Below are positions 38,458 through 48,246 of a stretch of DNA of 64,000 nucleotides, one piece after another. The position numbers and the translations under genes are program-made. The stretch comes from a virus. Location of the stretch: the IMG/VR virus record IMGVR_UViG_3300034101_003146, positions 5,779-69,778 of that record; one strand, 5' to 3'. Position 1 is the stretch's first letter. Each line of letters opens with the position of its first letter. The notes beneath the pieces were generated by a model. That model did not search any database. It saw only the letters and a list, made by a program, of their open reading frames with translations, and was not told where the DNA came from.

Positions 38458-38808
38458 TCAATCAACTTTTACGAAAAAAATTTCATTAGGAAACCCACCA
38501 AAAATAAATTTAGTCACATCACATAACCAAATTTCTTTATTTAAATCAACACCCATATGAGATTTTAAAAAATAAAACGAACCATTACCATATTCGGTGG
38601 CCTCTCTAATTAATTTTAATTTACTACCACCTTCAATTTCGTCAATTGATAAAAGTAAGTTAACATTATCACCACCTTCTGACACATAATCCAACATATC
38701 GTCAGCACCTTCAACCATTTCTAAATCTATTTTATCACCCGGCCATTCTGGTAAATCTATATACCATCTATTACTTGGTTCTTTATAAAATCTAAATATC
38801 TTTTTCAT
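38458..38808 (-). CDS. Hypothetical protein
   Basis: WYIDLPEW...LEMVEGADDMLD...WLCDVTKF.FG.FP; likely start MKKIFRF at 38808. Confidence 0.7.
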   Translation of the reverse strand: MKKIFRFYKEPSNRWYIDLPEWPGDKIDLEMVEGADDMLDYVSEGGDNVNLLLSIDEIEGGSKLKLIREATEYGNGSFYFLKSHMGVDLNKEIWLCDVTKFIFGGFPNEIFFVKVD

Positions 38809-38815
38809 AATAAAA

Positions 38816-38838
38816 CAAAGATATGGATTTTTTGTCAA
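38816..38838 (-). promoter_or_regulatory. Bacteroidota-type -7 element TATCTTTG with upstream TTGACA
   Basis: Matches the TAnnTTTG consensus 8 nt before the ATG. Confidence 0.5.
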
Positions 38839-38870
38839 CATACAAATATTTATATAAAAAACATTTTATC

Positions 38871-39290
38871 ATGAAAAAAGTAATAAGATTAAACGAAAAC
38901 GATATAGAAAAGTTAGTAAAGAAGATTATGAAAGAAGAAGGTGAACAACCTAATCAGTCGAAAGAAAAATCTCTTGTGTTGTTAAAAACTAATAACGGTG
39001 AATTATCAACGGTTGATGAAATTGTTAGAGCAATTCAACAAGCTAAAATGGCTTTTGAAGATTTATGTAACTCTAAACTAACTGGTAGAGATGGTTATAC
39101 TAAAGAAATTGATGGTATTGTGAATGATTTTACTAAACTTGAAGATAAAGTTCGTAAATCAAAAGAAACTATCGGTAAATTTGTCCAACAAAAAAGTAAA
39201 GAAGACCATATGTCATATATGAAACAAAAACAAATGGATTATATGGCTAAACAAAAAAGAGCTCGTGAAGAAGGTAAATTTTACGCCTAA
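38871..39290 (+). CDS. Hypothetical protein with shared leader
   Basis: MKKVIRLNENDIEKLVKKIMKE; AATATTTATA at 38845. Confidence 0.7.
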   Translation: MKKVIRLNENDIEKLVKKIMKEEGEQPNQSKEKSLVLLKTNNGELSTVDEIVRAIQQAKMAFEDLCNSKLTGRDGYTKEIDGIVNDFTKLEDKVRKSKETIGKFVQQKSKEDHMSYMKQKQMDYMAKQKRAREEGKFYA

Positions 39291-39294
39291 AATT

Positions 39295-39322
39295 AAAAAC
39301 CCCGATTTCTCGGGGTTTTTTG
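39295..39322. terminator. Bidirectional terminator
   Basis: AAAAACCCCGA-TTTC-TCGGGGTTTTTT. Confidence 0.85.
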
Positions 39323-39341
39323 TTAATATCATTTTGTGTTT

Positions 39342-40889
39342 TTAACACCAATCTTTTTCTGATACAACCTCAAAAGGTATTATGTCACCATATGTTCTAA
39401 CTTCCCCGCTAGATTCAATTTTAATTTCAATAAAATAATCGTTAGGTATAAACCAAGATGTATCTACTAAGAAGAAATTACCATCAGGTGTCCTACTAAC
39501 TTCTTGCCAATCTATATAATCTATTTGTATATGACCACCTTCTTTAATGAATATCCTATAATAAACCTTATCCAATAAAGCCGTTTGGTCGTATGTGTAA
39601 GGTATACGTACATTAACATTCACACGTCTAGTATCACCTCTTTTAATTTTTTCTTTTCTTTTTATACCTACCACATTAAACTCGTAATCATAAATAGACA
39701 TATTACTAGCAGAACCCACACCTAATCCATTGGCATTTGCACTGTTAGTAGATCCAATTCTGTAGTAGTCAGTGTCTTCCAACACTATAAAGTCTAATAT
39801 TACGTTACCTAAATGTTTAGAACCTACTGTAACATCTTTCCATACATCACGGAATTGTATGTTACCACAATAACCAGATGTTGGATTATCGTCTACTGTT
39901 AAATTAACACAATAAACCCCTCTTGTTACTTGCGTAATACCTGATGACGGTATTGTTGTAAACAAATCGTCATTTTGGTCGTATATATCTACACCACTAA
40001 AAGTCGCATTAGTGTTCTGACCTCCGGCGTTAACATATAAACATATGTTGTTAGATTTATTTAGATAAAATTTATTTCTATCATCACTAATTCTGTCATC
40101 CCATTTTGTCTCTAAAAACGGTTCAAATACTGTATTAGTTTCTTTACCGAAAAAACCAACATACTCAGCATCCTCTAAAGGTGCCTGTTCTAAAGCAGGT
40201 TTAAAAGCCAAACCTAATCCATATGTAAGTCCTGTGTAACCACTTAAAATTAAACCATTTATATAATCAGTAACATCAATACAAACATTTTCATTACCAA
40301 AATCAAAATGTTGCGTAGCAATAATTAAATTTGTACCCCCACTACATATTGTAGTACCAGAAGTACCACTAGTAGTACCAGAAGCACACCAATTACTTGG
40401 GTCGGTACCATAAACACCTTGATTGGACCAACACGTTGTAACATCACCTCTAACAAACCAATTTGCTGGGCCCTCACAATATACTTTATCACCTTCAGCA
40501 CAAGAAACAGTAGTTTGTGTGTAATCATAACCATTACCTTCACACCATGATTCTGGGACTTGGAATAATATTAATTCGAAACAAGTGGCTCTTTTGATTT
40601 CACCAACACATGATGAAACTGTTTTACATAGTTGTTCTTGGTCAAAACAAGATGTGTTAGTCATTTTTAACGTATGGGTCATCCCATTTACGTAAGGTAT
40701 ATCTTTAGAATTAACCTTTTTTAGTATCTCATCAAAATTTAAATCAAATATATATCTTGAGTATTTTACTTCCTCAGCTTTTAATGATCCACCGTGAAAC
40801 AGTTCCACAATAGGGTTTCTACCTGTATTAACATAAGAATCCCTAATTAAAGTGGTATCTTTATTGAAATATGTCCTTAAAATTCCCAT
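39342..40889 (-). CDS. Putative virion structural protein (beta-rich, Cys-rich)
   Basis: KDTTL...NTGRNP..EL...SRYIF, W.EG.GYDY, P.LE..WDD; next to a baseplate gene. Confidence 0.6.
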   Translation of the reverse strand: MGILRTYFNKDTTLIRDSYVNTGRNPIVELFHGGSLKAEEVKYSRYIFDLNFDEILKKVNSKDIPYVNGMTHTLKMTNTSCFDQEQLCKTVSSCVGEIKRATCFELILFQVPESWCEGNGYDYTQTTVSCAEGDKVYCEGPANWFVRGDVTTCWSNQGVYGTDPSNWCASGTTSGTSGTTICSGGTNLIIATQHFDFGNENVCIDVTDYINGLILSGYTGLTYGLGLAFKPALEQAPLEDAEYVGFFGKETNTVFEPFLETKWDDRISDDRNKFYLNKSNNICLYVNAGGQNTNATFSGVDIYDQNDDLFTTIPSSGITQVTRGVYCVNLTVDDNPTSGYCGNIQFRDVWKDVTVGSKHLGNVILDFIVLEDTDYYRIGSTNSANANGLGVGSASNMSIYDYEFNVVGIKRKEKIKRGDTRRVNVNVRIPYTYDQTALLDKVYYRIFIKEGGHIQIDYIDWQEVSRTPDGNFFLVDTSWFIPNDYFIEIKIESSGEVRTYGDIIPFEVVSEKDWC

Positions 40890-40921
40890 TAATCTTTTTT
40901 TACTATAAATATCATCGGGAA

Positions 40922-42031
40922 TTAATTAGTTCTAACACCTTTGCTTAAGAATGTACAACCTTCAAAATCAACATAACTGTTTTCAACCGTTAAATCTGGA
41001 CTTGGTTTACTTACTCGGTTACCTAAATTTTTATTAAACCATTTGATTAATTCTAAAGTAGGTCCACTTTTATCTGAAGGTAATCTAGAACCCTCGTGTA
41101 TATGACCCTCTATATATGACCTAAGAATACTCATGAATTCCCATAAAACATCACCATAAATTAATGGGTGTAATTTGGTGTTTTCTGTTATAATTTGTTG
41201 TAAAACATCATCACCATTCAATATTACAGGTGCCTTACCTTTGGCTGATGAACCCATATGACTTATCAAATTCAATTTATCCGCTACTAAATTAATGTGG
41301 GTTCTATCATTCCCTAAACCTAAATTTGTTTGTGTTTCTGTTTTATTTTCTGTTGGGAATGTATGATTTATTGTGATATAAGCCGGATTTTTAATGTTTA
41401 AAGATATAGGTGGACTATTTGTGTTTAGATTTCTATAATCAATCTTACCCGATCTTAATATTATTTCATCATAATTGGATTTATTTCTTAATATTAAATC
41501 CGTATTTCTTCTACCCAATAAAGCAACATCACTAACATTAGGGTATATAGACCAATTACCTTGACTGGATTCTGGCCAATTATCATAAGCTGGTGAATAT
41601 GCAGAATTCTCTGTTTGTAAAGTTGCTATATTATAGTCATTGTATTGAAAATCTGCTGGTGTTTTTTGGCCTATAACAGGACCTATATATTGCCTTCTTT
41701 GTTGTTTATTACGATAATCAAAAACAGCGACCTTAACCATCTCACCAACTTGTGGTACAATGTTAAGGAATTTAGGTAATAAAGGTTCACACCAAGGTAA
41801 ATAAGCATCACTATCTTCATTACCTAATTCTTTATTTTCTATTTTTGTTTTACCACCGGCCGGCAACAAAATTTTTCTATCAACACCTTCAATTCTGACT
41901 TTAATACGACCAGCATAAAAAGTATCGTCAACTCTTTCTACGATACCATAATACCATAAAGGAAAAGTTTTTTTATCTAATCTTGAATCACCATAACCTA
42001 GGTCAACTCTTATAAAATCATCTAAACTCAT
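40922..42031 (-). CDS. Baseplate hub/central spike protein (gp5 N-terminal OB-fold-like)
   Basis: YYGIVERVDD..AGRIKVRI...LPW..PLLP...PQVGE.V.V; C-terminal HIH. Confidence 0.75.
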   Translation of the reverse strand: MSLDDFIRVDLGYGDSRLDKKTFPLWYYGIVERVDDTFYAGRIKVRIEGVDRKILLPAGGKTKIENKELGNEDSDAYLPWCEPLLPKFLNIVPQVGEMVKVAVFDYRNKQQRRQYIGPVIGQKTPADFQYNDYNIATLQTENSAYSPAYDNWPESSQGNWSIYPNVSDVALLGRRNTDLILRNKSNYDEIILRSGKIDYRNLNTNSPPISLNIKNPAYITINHTFPTENKTETQTNLGLGNDRTHINLVADKLNLISHMGSSAKGKAPVILNGDDVLQQIITENTKLHPLIYGDVLWEFMSILRSYIEGHIHEGSRLPSDKSGPTLELIKWFNKNLGNRVSKPSPDLTVENSYVDFEGCTFLSKGVRTN

Positions 42032-42210
42032 TTATTGTTAATTCCAAACCTATTGTTTAATTCGTTATTTATTTCGTTATATTTTACTTCAATTAAGGTC
42101 CAATAATCATATAAATTAACTAAATCGGTCCTAATTTTTTCAAACTCATCTTTTAATTTTTTTTGCATTTCGATGAGTTCTGCATTACTTTTATTTTTAA
42201 TCTTTTCCAT
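42028..42210 (-). CDS. Small coiled-coil protein
   Basis: 60-aa ORF in operon. Confidence 0.6.
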   Translation of the reverse strand: MEKIKNKSNAELIEMQKKLKDEFEKIRTDLVNLYDYWTLIEVKYNEINNELNNRFGINNK

Positions 42211-42213
42211 CTA

Positions 42214-42642
42214 TTAATTACAAACAACAGCTTTACCTTTAGCTATACCTACTATAGTACCAGCTGTTTGTACTGGTAAACCAGGTCCTGCAATACCAGT
42301 TGCCTGTAAAGCAGTTCCAGGTTGTATAGCAACTTGCATAACTAATTTTGTAGAAATAGCTTCAACCATTTCTTCTATTCTAATTTTTTCCATTATTTCA
42401 TCTGGTGAAACTTTACCACTAGGTAACGGTCCTACAGGTATACCAGCTTCGGCTTGTCTTCTTATTATTTTTGCCGCTATTTCAGAAGCATTAAAATCAC
42501 CACATCTAGCACCAAAAACAGCTGATGCGGGTAATATATTAGTTGATACAGAATTCCCTATTTTAAATAAATTAAGTAAAGCTTTTAAAATTGAATTTGG
42601 GTTTTTAAAATCTGTTTTACCGGTGTCTTTACATTTAGCCAT
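42214..42642 (-). CDS. Hypothetical (possibly structural) protein
   Basis: Likely start MAKCKD at 42642. Confidence 0.65.
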   Translation of the reverse strand: MAKCKDTGKTDFKNPNSILKALLNLFKIGNSVSTNILPASAVFGARCGDFNASEIAAKIIRRQAEAGIPVGPLPSGKVSPDEIMEKIRIEEMVEAISTKLVMQVAIQPGTALQATGIAGPGLPVQTAGTIVGIAKGKAVVCN

Positions 42643-42643
42643 A

Positions 42644-44074
42644 TTAAATATATTTAGATGTGTTAGGTATTGGTGCAGCAATTATTGCACCTTCTACAAT
42701 TCCTAAAACTATATTATTTATTTGTTTAATTCTTCTATCCTCCCGTTCCTTAATTATTTTTGCTGCTATTTCAGCAACTAATGAAAGTATTTCTTTTTTG
42801 AGTTGTCTAAATATTATTTCTAGTAAAGCTGCTAGAGATTCTCTTGAAACATACTCAAAAAATACTCTAGTCGCTATAGCATAATCAAAACCATCAGTAA
42901 CATTAAATGTTATATCATTAACAGTCTTCATAGATAATTTATACAATGAAACTATTTTAGGTTCTAAAATAATATTAGTAAATACTTTAGGTAATTGTTC
43001 CAACATTTTTAAATTTAAGGACAATTTGGATACGTTTTTATCACTGTCGGGTACATTGTTGGTTAGGTCATTATTTATACTGTCTATAGATTGTGTAATA
43101 ACAACATCTATTTTAGATGGAGGCGTGTTTTTTATTTCATCAGATATACCTTTCAATAAAGGTATGTTAACCGTAACAGGTAATAAACCACAACCCAAAT
43201 TTAAATAAACAACACCAGTCTTTTTTTGATTGGCAATGTTTTCCATCTCATAAGTTTCTTCATTTGTAAATTTAAAGTAACTATCATCATAAACATAATC
43301 TTCTTTACAAGGATCTGAACTATTAAATTTATCTTGTAATTTATTAACTTTTTCTAGAGCCAATAATTTTTCTATACTTGTGTTAATGTTGGGGAGATTG
43401 GCACCTAGAACACCTGTTAATATGTTAAGAATTCTTGGTATTAAAGTCGCCAAAGTCAATAATTCTATTGAATTAATAAAATCAATTAAAAATTGATTGA
43501 AGGATTTACCAACATAAGATTGGTCTATCTTCATTTCAAAATTTTGTGTATTTTGATCGTACGTGACATCAACCAAATTTTTCCAATTACTAGACCCACC
43601 TGTTTGTATTAAATCATATAAAAACCAATTAAAGTCTTCATTAGAACTTGTTCCGTATAACATAGAGCCTATATCACTGTTTGGATCTATTTTTAACATA
43701 TCAGTAAAATCTATTTTTTCAGCCTTTACTACAATTGTCGGAGCCGGACTTGGTATGTTAAAGTCAACACCACAAGCTAAACCAGCTTTAATGCCTTCAA
43801 TTATACCGTCTTTTAATATTTTAATTAATTGTGGGAAAAATTGTATCAAAATTTCTGTTAAAATTCTAGTTGCCTCACATTTGGCTCTATCTTTACCGTT
43901 TTCTTGTTCTTTACATACAGTACTAAATAAGTCTAATAGATAAGGTAATAAATTTTTACTTTTTGTGTTAACAGATTCCAATGAAGAAGTCGACTTAGTT
44001 TTCGGCAAATCCTTTAATACCTCAAATAAAGCTACATTATTAATAATTTCTGTTTTTTCTTCAATAAAACCCAT
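42644..44074 (-). CDS. Hypothetical protein
   Basis: 476-aa ORF, coupled to neighbours. Confidence 0.75.
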   Translation of the reverse strand: MGFIEEKTEIINNVALFEVLKDLPKTKSTSSLESVNTKSKNLLPYLLDLFSTVCKEQENGKDRAKCEATRILTEILIQFFPQLIKILKDGIIEGIKAGLACGVDFNIPSPAPTIVVKAEKIDFTDMLKIDPNSDIGSMLYGTSSNEDFNWFLYDLIQTGGSSNWKNLVDVTYDQNTQNFEMKIDQSYVGKSFNQFLIDFINSIELLTLATLIPRILNILTGVLGANLPNINTSIEKLLALEKVNKLQDKFNSSDPCKEDYVYDDSYFKFTNEETYEMENIANQKKTGVVYLNLGCGLLPVTVNIPLLKGISDEIKNTPPSKIDVVITQSIDSINNDLTNNVPDSDKNVSKLSLNLKMLEQLPKVFTNIILEPKIVSLYKLSMKTVNDITFNVTDGFDYAIATRVFFEYVSRESLAALLEIIFRQLKKEILSLVAEIAAKIIKEREDRRIKQINNIVLGIVEGAIIAAPIPNTSKYI

Positions 44075-44469
44075 TATTTAATTTTGTAGTTTTTTTTATC
44101 ATCATCATCACTTTTATCACCATCTTCATTAAAAATACCACGTAGTAAAGCCATATCTTCAGGTGTTAAAGAACCGTTTACATTACCACTTGTATCGGAT
44201 TCACCACCTTTAAAAATTAATTGGCTCATTAGTTTAACTAATGATATTTTTTTATCTATAGTGGAATCAATAATTTTAAGAAGGTCGGTGTTAGCTTTAT
44301 TTAAGTTGGTTAAGTCATGCATGTCTTCTACATTAACTTTATTCTTATTTTCGTTAATTGTACGTATGCAAGTACTTCTTTGTTCTACAAGTTCATTATA
44401 AGCCTCTTGGGTTATACCCAAAAAACTTTCCGTATTTAATTTTACTTGTTTTTTCTGTGGTCTGCCCAT
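44074..44469 (-). CDS. Hypothetical protein
   Basis: Likely start MGRPQKK at 44469 after GATATTTATA (44494-44485). Confidence 0.7.
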   Translation of the reverse strand: MGRPQKKQVKLNTESFLGITQEAYNELVEQRSTCIRTINENKNKVNVEDMHDLTNLNKANTDLLKIIDSTIDKKISLVKLMSQLIFKGGESDTSGNVNGSLTPEDMALLRGIFNEDGDKSDDDDKKNYKIK

Positions 44470-44507
44470 AATTTCTTTTTTATTTATAAATATCAAAATG
44501 GTGGTTT

Positions 44508-45281
44508 TTATAAACCACCATCTTTTATAAACTTATAAATACCACGATATCTTTTCATTGCGTTTCTAATATCTTTGGTACTTAACGATGTCATTTCTCT
44601 CATATAATAAAGAATTAAGTTTTTATTATACTTATTAGTTGCTTCCTTACCCTCAAAAACATTCTCCCAATTTTCCAAAATAGAAACCAAAGAATTACCA
44701 ACTTTTATTTCGTTTTCGGTTAAAATTTTACTCTGTAACTCTTCTTTAATCGAATTGGATATTTCGTCTATTAATAAAGTTAAATCTAATTCTTGATTAT
44801 CTATTTCATAAGAGTACTCTTCATTTTCTTCTAAATCTGGGGCTATATCTTCATATGATATTAAAGTTTTTAGTTTTTTATCATCTTTTATTAGTTTACC
44901 TAATAAATAATGTTTACAAACAGTACCATAATAAGAATATGATTTTTTACCTTTTGATGGTTTAAATTTATGAAATTTCATCATTAAAAATGATAAAGTA
45001 TCAGAATGTAAATCTTCAAAAGTCATACTTTTAGAATATAACTTATATCTTCTAATGATACTTTCTATCATTTTGTTTAATGGAGCTTGTAGGTGTTGAC
45101 GATAAATTTCATTTCTCCTAAATTCATCTTTAGTACTACCAGTCCATCTGTATCCTTCTAATGATTTTGGGTCATGTATTAAATTGCCTAAAGATAAAAA
45201 CTCTTTAACAGCTAATTCTTCTACATGCCCAAAATAAGGATCTTTTGACGGTTTTCTTCCTCTTTTTCTTTCTGTGGACAT
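44508..45281 (-). CDS. Sigma-factor-like protein (late sigma, T4 gp55-like)
   Basis: Region-2-like EDLHSDTLSFLMMKFHKFKPSKGKKSYSYYGTVCKHYL. Confidence 0.7.
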   Translation of the reverse strand: MSTERKRGRKPSKDPYFGHVEELAVKEFLSLGNLIHDPKSLEGYRWTGSTKDEFRRNEIYRQHLQAPLNKMIESIIRRYKLYSKSMTFEDLHSDTLSFLMMKFHKFKPSKGKKSYSYYGTVCKHYLLGKLIKDDKKLKTLISYEDIAPDLEENEEYSYEIDNQELDLTLLIDEISNSIKEELQSKILTENEIKVGNSLVSILENWENVFEGKEATNKYNKNLILYYMREMTSLSTKDIRNAMKRYRGIYKFIKDGGL

Positions 45282-46081
45282 TATACTATTGTAGAAGTCT
45301 CTCTATCGAATTTTATGTTACGATCAGCTTTAAAATAACACTCTTTACGTGAGGTACTAAACCAAAATCTGGCCTCAATAACATCGATTTTATCCGTTTC
45401 TTTATTTTGATAATTAAAAAATAAAGAATCTGGTCTCATATTAACTTTTTTATAACCTAATTTAGGAATGGTCATTATTTTTTTATCATAATAAGTCATT
45501 CTTAATAAAAACTCATATATAAAATGAAGTTTAATACTAGGTTTTAAACCACCTACGGCTTTAAAAGCGTCTACTTTAATAACAGCACCTGACAACTGGA
45601 AGTTGGGGAAGTTTAATAAAGCATCGTTGTCTAAAAATCCTAATTTATCAGAAAAATCTTTAGCCCACACAGGTTCATTACTAAAATGTAAGAAACGACC
45701 TTCAGGACTTACGTCTAAAACAATAGGTAAAAAAACATCAGTTTCATCGTAAGCCTCTACGTATTTATTAACATTGTCAAACCATATTTTTGAATATTCA
45801 TCATCAACTTCCAATATAGAAAAGAAAGTGGTTTTAACTTGTTCAACACCAAAATTAATTTGTGAACAAAAATCGGTATTACCTTCATTAACTACTATTC
45901 TATAATTTACGTTTTTTAAATATTCTTCATTAATTTTAACTCCTTTTGCTGTTACAATAATAACTTCTTCCGGGTTAATTTTTTGGTTTTCAACACTTTT
46001 AATAGCCTTTTCAAAATAAGAATTTAAAGTGTCATCCATTTTATGGATTGGGATTATGATTGTTGTTTTATTTTCTGCCAT
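45281..46081 (-). CDS. Glycosyltransferase family 2
   Basis: TIIIPIH...SVENQ...NFGV...ILEVDD. Confidence 0.8.
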   Translation of the reverse strand: MAENKTTIIIPIHKMDDTLNSYFEKAIKSVENQKINPEEVIIVTAKGVKINEEYLKNVNYRIVVNEGNTDFCSQINFGVEQVKTTFFSILEVDDEYSKIWFDNVNKYVEAYDETDVFLPIVLDVSPEGRFLHFSNEPVWAKDFSDKLGFLDNDALLNFPNFQLSGAVIKVDAFKAVGGLKPSIKLHFIYEFLLRMTYYDKKIMTIPKLGYKKVNMRPDSLFFNYQNKETDKIDVIEARFWFSTSRKECYFKADRNIKFDRETSTIV

Positions 46082-46089
46082 TTTTTAAA

Positions 46090-47163
46090 TTATTTTTCTG
46101 TTTCTACATTATTTTCCACTTCTAACGGTAGTGAAGATTTTAATTCATTAATTCTATTTGTAAAGAATTTTTCATAAACTTCTTTTATTTTTGATTTTTG
46201 TTCCTCATAAGAGTATGTATCTTTTTGTTTAGACATTTCTTCATATAACTCAGAAGGTTCACCATCCTCCAACCAAGCTTGGAAATAGTTAGCGATTAAA
46301 TCAACAATCATTAATGGGTCATGTGTCCAAAGACCGTTTTTATCTGACATCCATTCGGGTACCATGTTGGGTACTAACCCTAAAACAGGTACATTACATT
46401 TCATAGCTTCCACAGGGAATGTTCCAAAAGAAGAATCCTTGTCAATCCAAATAGCTAAACAGGATTCCGATAATGATTTAGCAAAAGTTTCTCTAGGTAA
46501 ACCTCTCATATCACGGAAAGAAACCCATTTTAAATGAGGGTATTTTAAATAAAATGCCTTGTAAAGTTTTACCAGATCTCTTTGGTCACGAGTTGAAATC
46601 GCTATTATTGGTTTTTTTGGTTTATCAGAAGGTTTAAAATATTCTGGTATACTTACAGGAATTACCTCAGCTTTAATTTTTTTAGAAAACAAACTTTCAA
46701 GATATTCTTTTTGTTTTTCGGTTGTTGTAATAACATCTGTGATACCATAATCAGACCAACTCTTACCTGGCATTAACATTTCAAAAATGTAGTCATAAGA
46801 TTGTGAGAACACAATTCTTTTAGAAGGTAAATTTAAAGTTTGTTCCATTACATTTGAAAATACTTCAGGTATGATTATAAAATCTTGTGGATTAACTTTT
46901 AATTGCTGAGATTCAATTGATACGTGTGGTATTTCAGCATAAACATCACCTAATGTATTGGCTACTGAAACGTAATCATTTTTTTCATGTAAAATTTGTG
47001 CATCATAACCTAAATCACGTAGTATTTTAGCGTGATCGTAAATGTTAGCCAAACTAGCGATTGGATTACCTTTGGTATCCATTGTGAAAAAATAAATTTT
47101 AAATTGTTTGTTCTCTAAACTAGAGATTGCGTTCTTAACGACTTGTTTAGTGTTATCTTCCAT
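46090..47163 (-). CDS. Glycosyltransferase, GT-B fold (GT4-like)
   Basis: SSFGTFPVEAMKCNVPV motif. Confidence 0.75.
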   Translation of the reverse strand: MEDNTKQVVKNAISSLENKQFKIYFFTMDTKGNPIASLANIYDHAKILRDLGYDAQILHEKNDYVSVANTLGDVYAEIPHVSIESQQLKVNPQDFIIIPEVFSNVMEQTLNLPSKRIVFSQSYDYIFEMLMPGKSWSDYGITDVITTTEKQKEYLESLFSKKIKAEVIPVSIPEYFKPSDKPKKPIIAISTRDQRDLVKLYKAFYLKYPHLKWVSFRDMRGLPRETFAKSLSESCLAIWIDKDSSFGTFPVEAMKCNVPVLGLVPNMVPEWMSDKNGLWTHDPLMIVDLIANYFQAWLEDGEPSELYEEMSKQKDTYSYEEQKSKIKEVYEKFFTNRINELKSSLPLEVENNVETEK

Positions 47164-47536
47164 TGTTTTCTTTTATTATATTATGTTTTAATAATGTGTT
47201 AAATGACAATCTAAAGGGAATGGATAATTGTTCACCTAGTTTGGTGCTACCCATAGCTTCATCGACTATTGAATTTTCGTTTAAAATAACATCCATTAAA
47301 GCTTTGGTAGTTTCCCATTTGGTTAAATCTACTATTTGGCTGTAGTCCACAACCTCATCTACTTCATTGTTTTTTTCGGATTCAATTTCTTTTTTAGCTT
47401 CACCTAAAATATCTTCGATACTTTCAGAATTATCTAACCTTACAAATTGACTTAAAGCTTCTAAATCAAAATAAAATTCATTTCCGGCTATCTCAAACAA
47501 TGAGGACTTATTATCCGTATTTTTAAATTTGTTCAT
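47153..47536 (-). CDS. Hypothetical protein
   Basis: 127-aa ORF. Confidence 0.7.
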   Translation of the reverse strand: MNKFKNTDNKSSLFEIAGNEFYFDLEALSQFVRLDNSESIEDILGEAKKEIESEKNNEVDEVVDYSQIVDLTKWETTKALMDVILNENSIVDEAMGSTKLGEQLSIPFRLSFNTLLKHNIIKENNGR

Positions 47537-47580
47537 AAAATAGATTTAATTAATAATTGTAATAAGTAAACTTTAAAAGA

Positions 47581-48246
47581 TTAATTAAACAAATCTAATC
47601 CTATAAGTTCTTTAACTGTTTTAATAGTATATTCTGAAGGTATGTCTTTGTTATATGTTTTTTCTATTTTAATTGTGGTTTTACCTTCGGGTTTGGAGTT
47701 TAAAATTTCTGGGTGATCTGTAATCATACAATCAACATGTTGCCAACAGTCTGTCGTATTTAAAGTAAATTTAATATCTTGTATCATACAACCAGTTTTA
47801 GATAAAAAAAATAATGTGGCAGGAATACTTCTACCTACTTCACGACTTGTTATAATAATATCATGTTTTTTCTCATTTGTTTTTAATTGTAAATCTAAAC
47901 CATTAATTGATTGTACAGCACCATCAATAACTTCATCAGCATAACCAAATATCTCTAAACAACACTTATCATATATAAATTCTTCAACAGTAATTGGTTC
48001 GTCTTTAACTTCTGTAAGTTCAAATGTTGATTCAGATTTTACAAATTCTTTTTCGTTAAATTCCGGATTAAATTCAATTTCATTTCTTACAATTTCTTCT
48101 TCAGGGAATTTAACCCACTTTTCTAAATCATAATCGTGTATGAATATTTCTTCCCCATCCTTTGAACCAAAATATTTTGTATGTGTTTTTTCTATCCTAC
48201 CAAAAAAATCACGTAACACACCGTTAATTGAAACACCTATTTTCAT
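47581..48246 (-). CDS. HAD-fold 5'(3')-nucleotidase-like protein with degenerate motif I
   Basis: MKIGVSINGVLRDF (DxD replaced), ITSR, MITDHP, YN motifs. Confidence 0.6.
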   Translation of the reverse strand: MKIGVSINGVLRDFFGRIEKTHTKYFGSKDGEEIFIHDYDLEKWVKFPEEEIVRNEIEFNPEFNEKEFVKSESTFELTEVKDEPITVEEFIYDKCCLEIFGYADEVIDGAVQSINGLDLQLKTNEKKHDIIITSREVGRSIPATLFFLSKTGCMIQDIKFTLNTTDCWQHVDCMITDHPEILNSKPEGKTTIKIEKTYNKDIPSEYTIKTVKELIGLDLFN

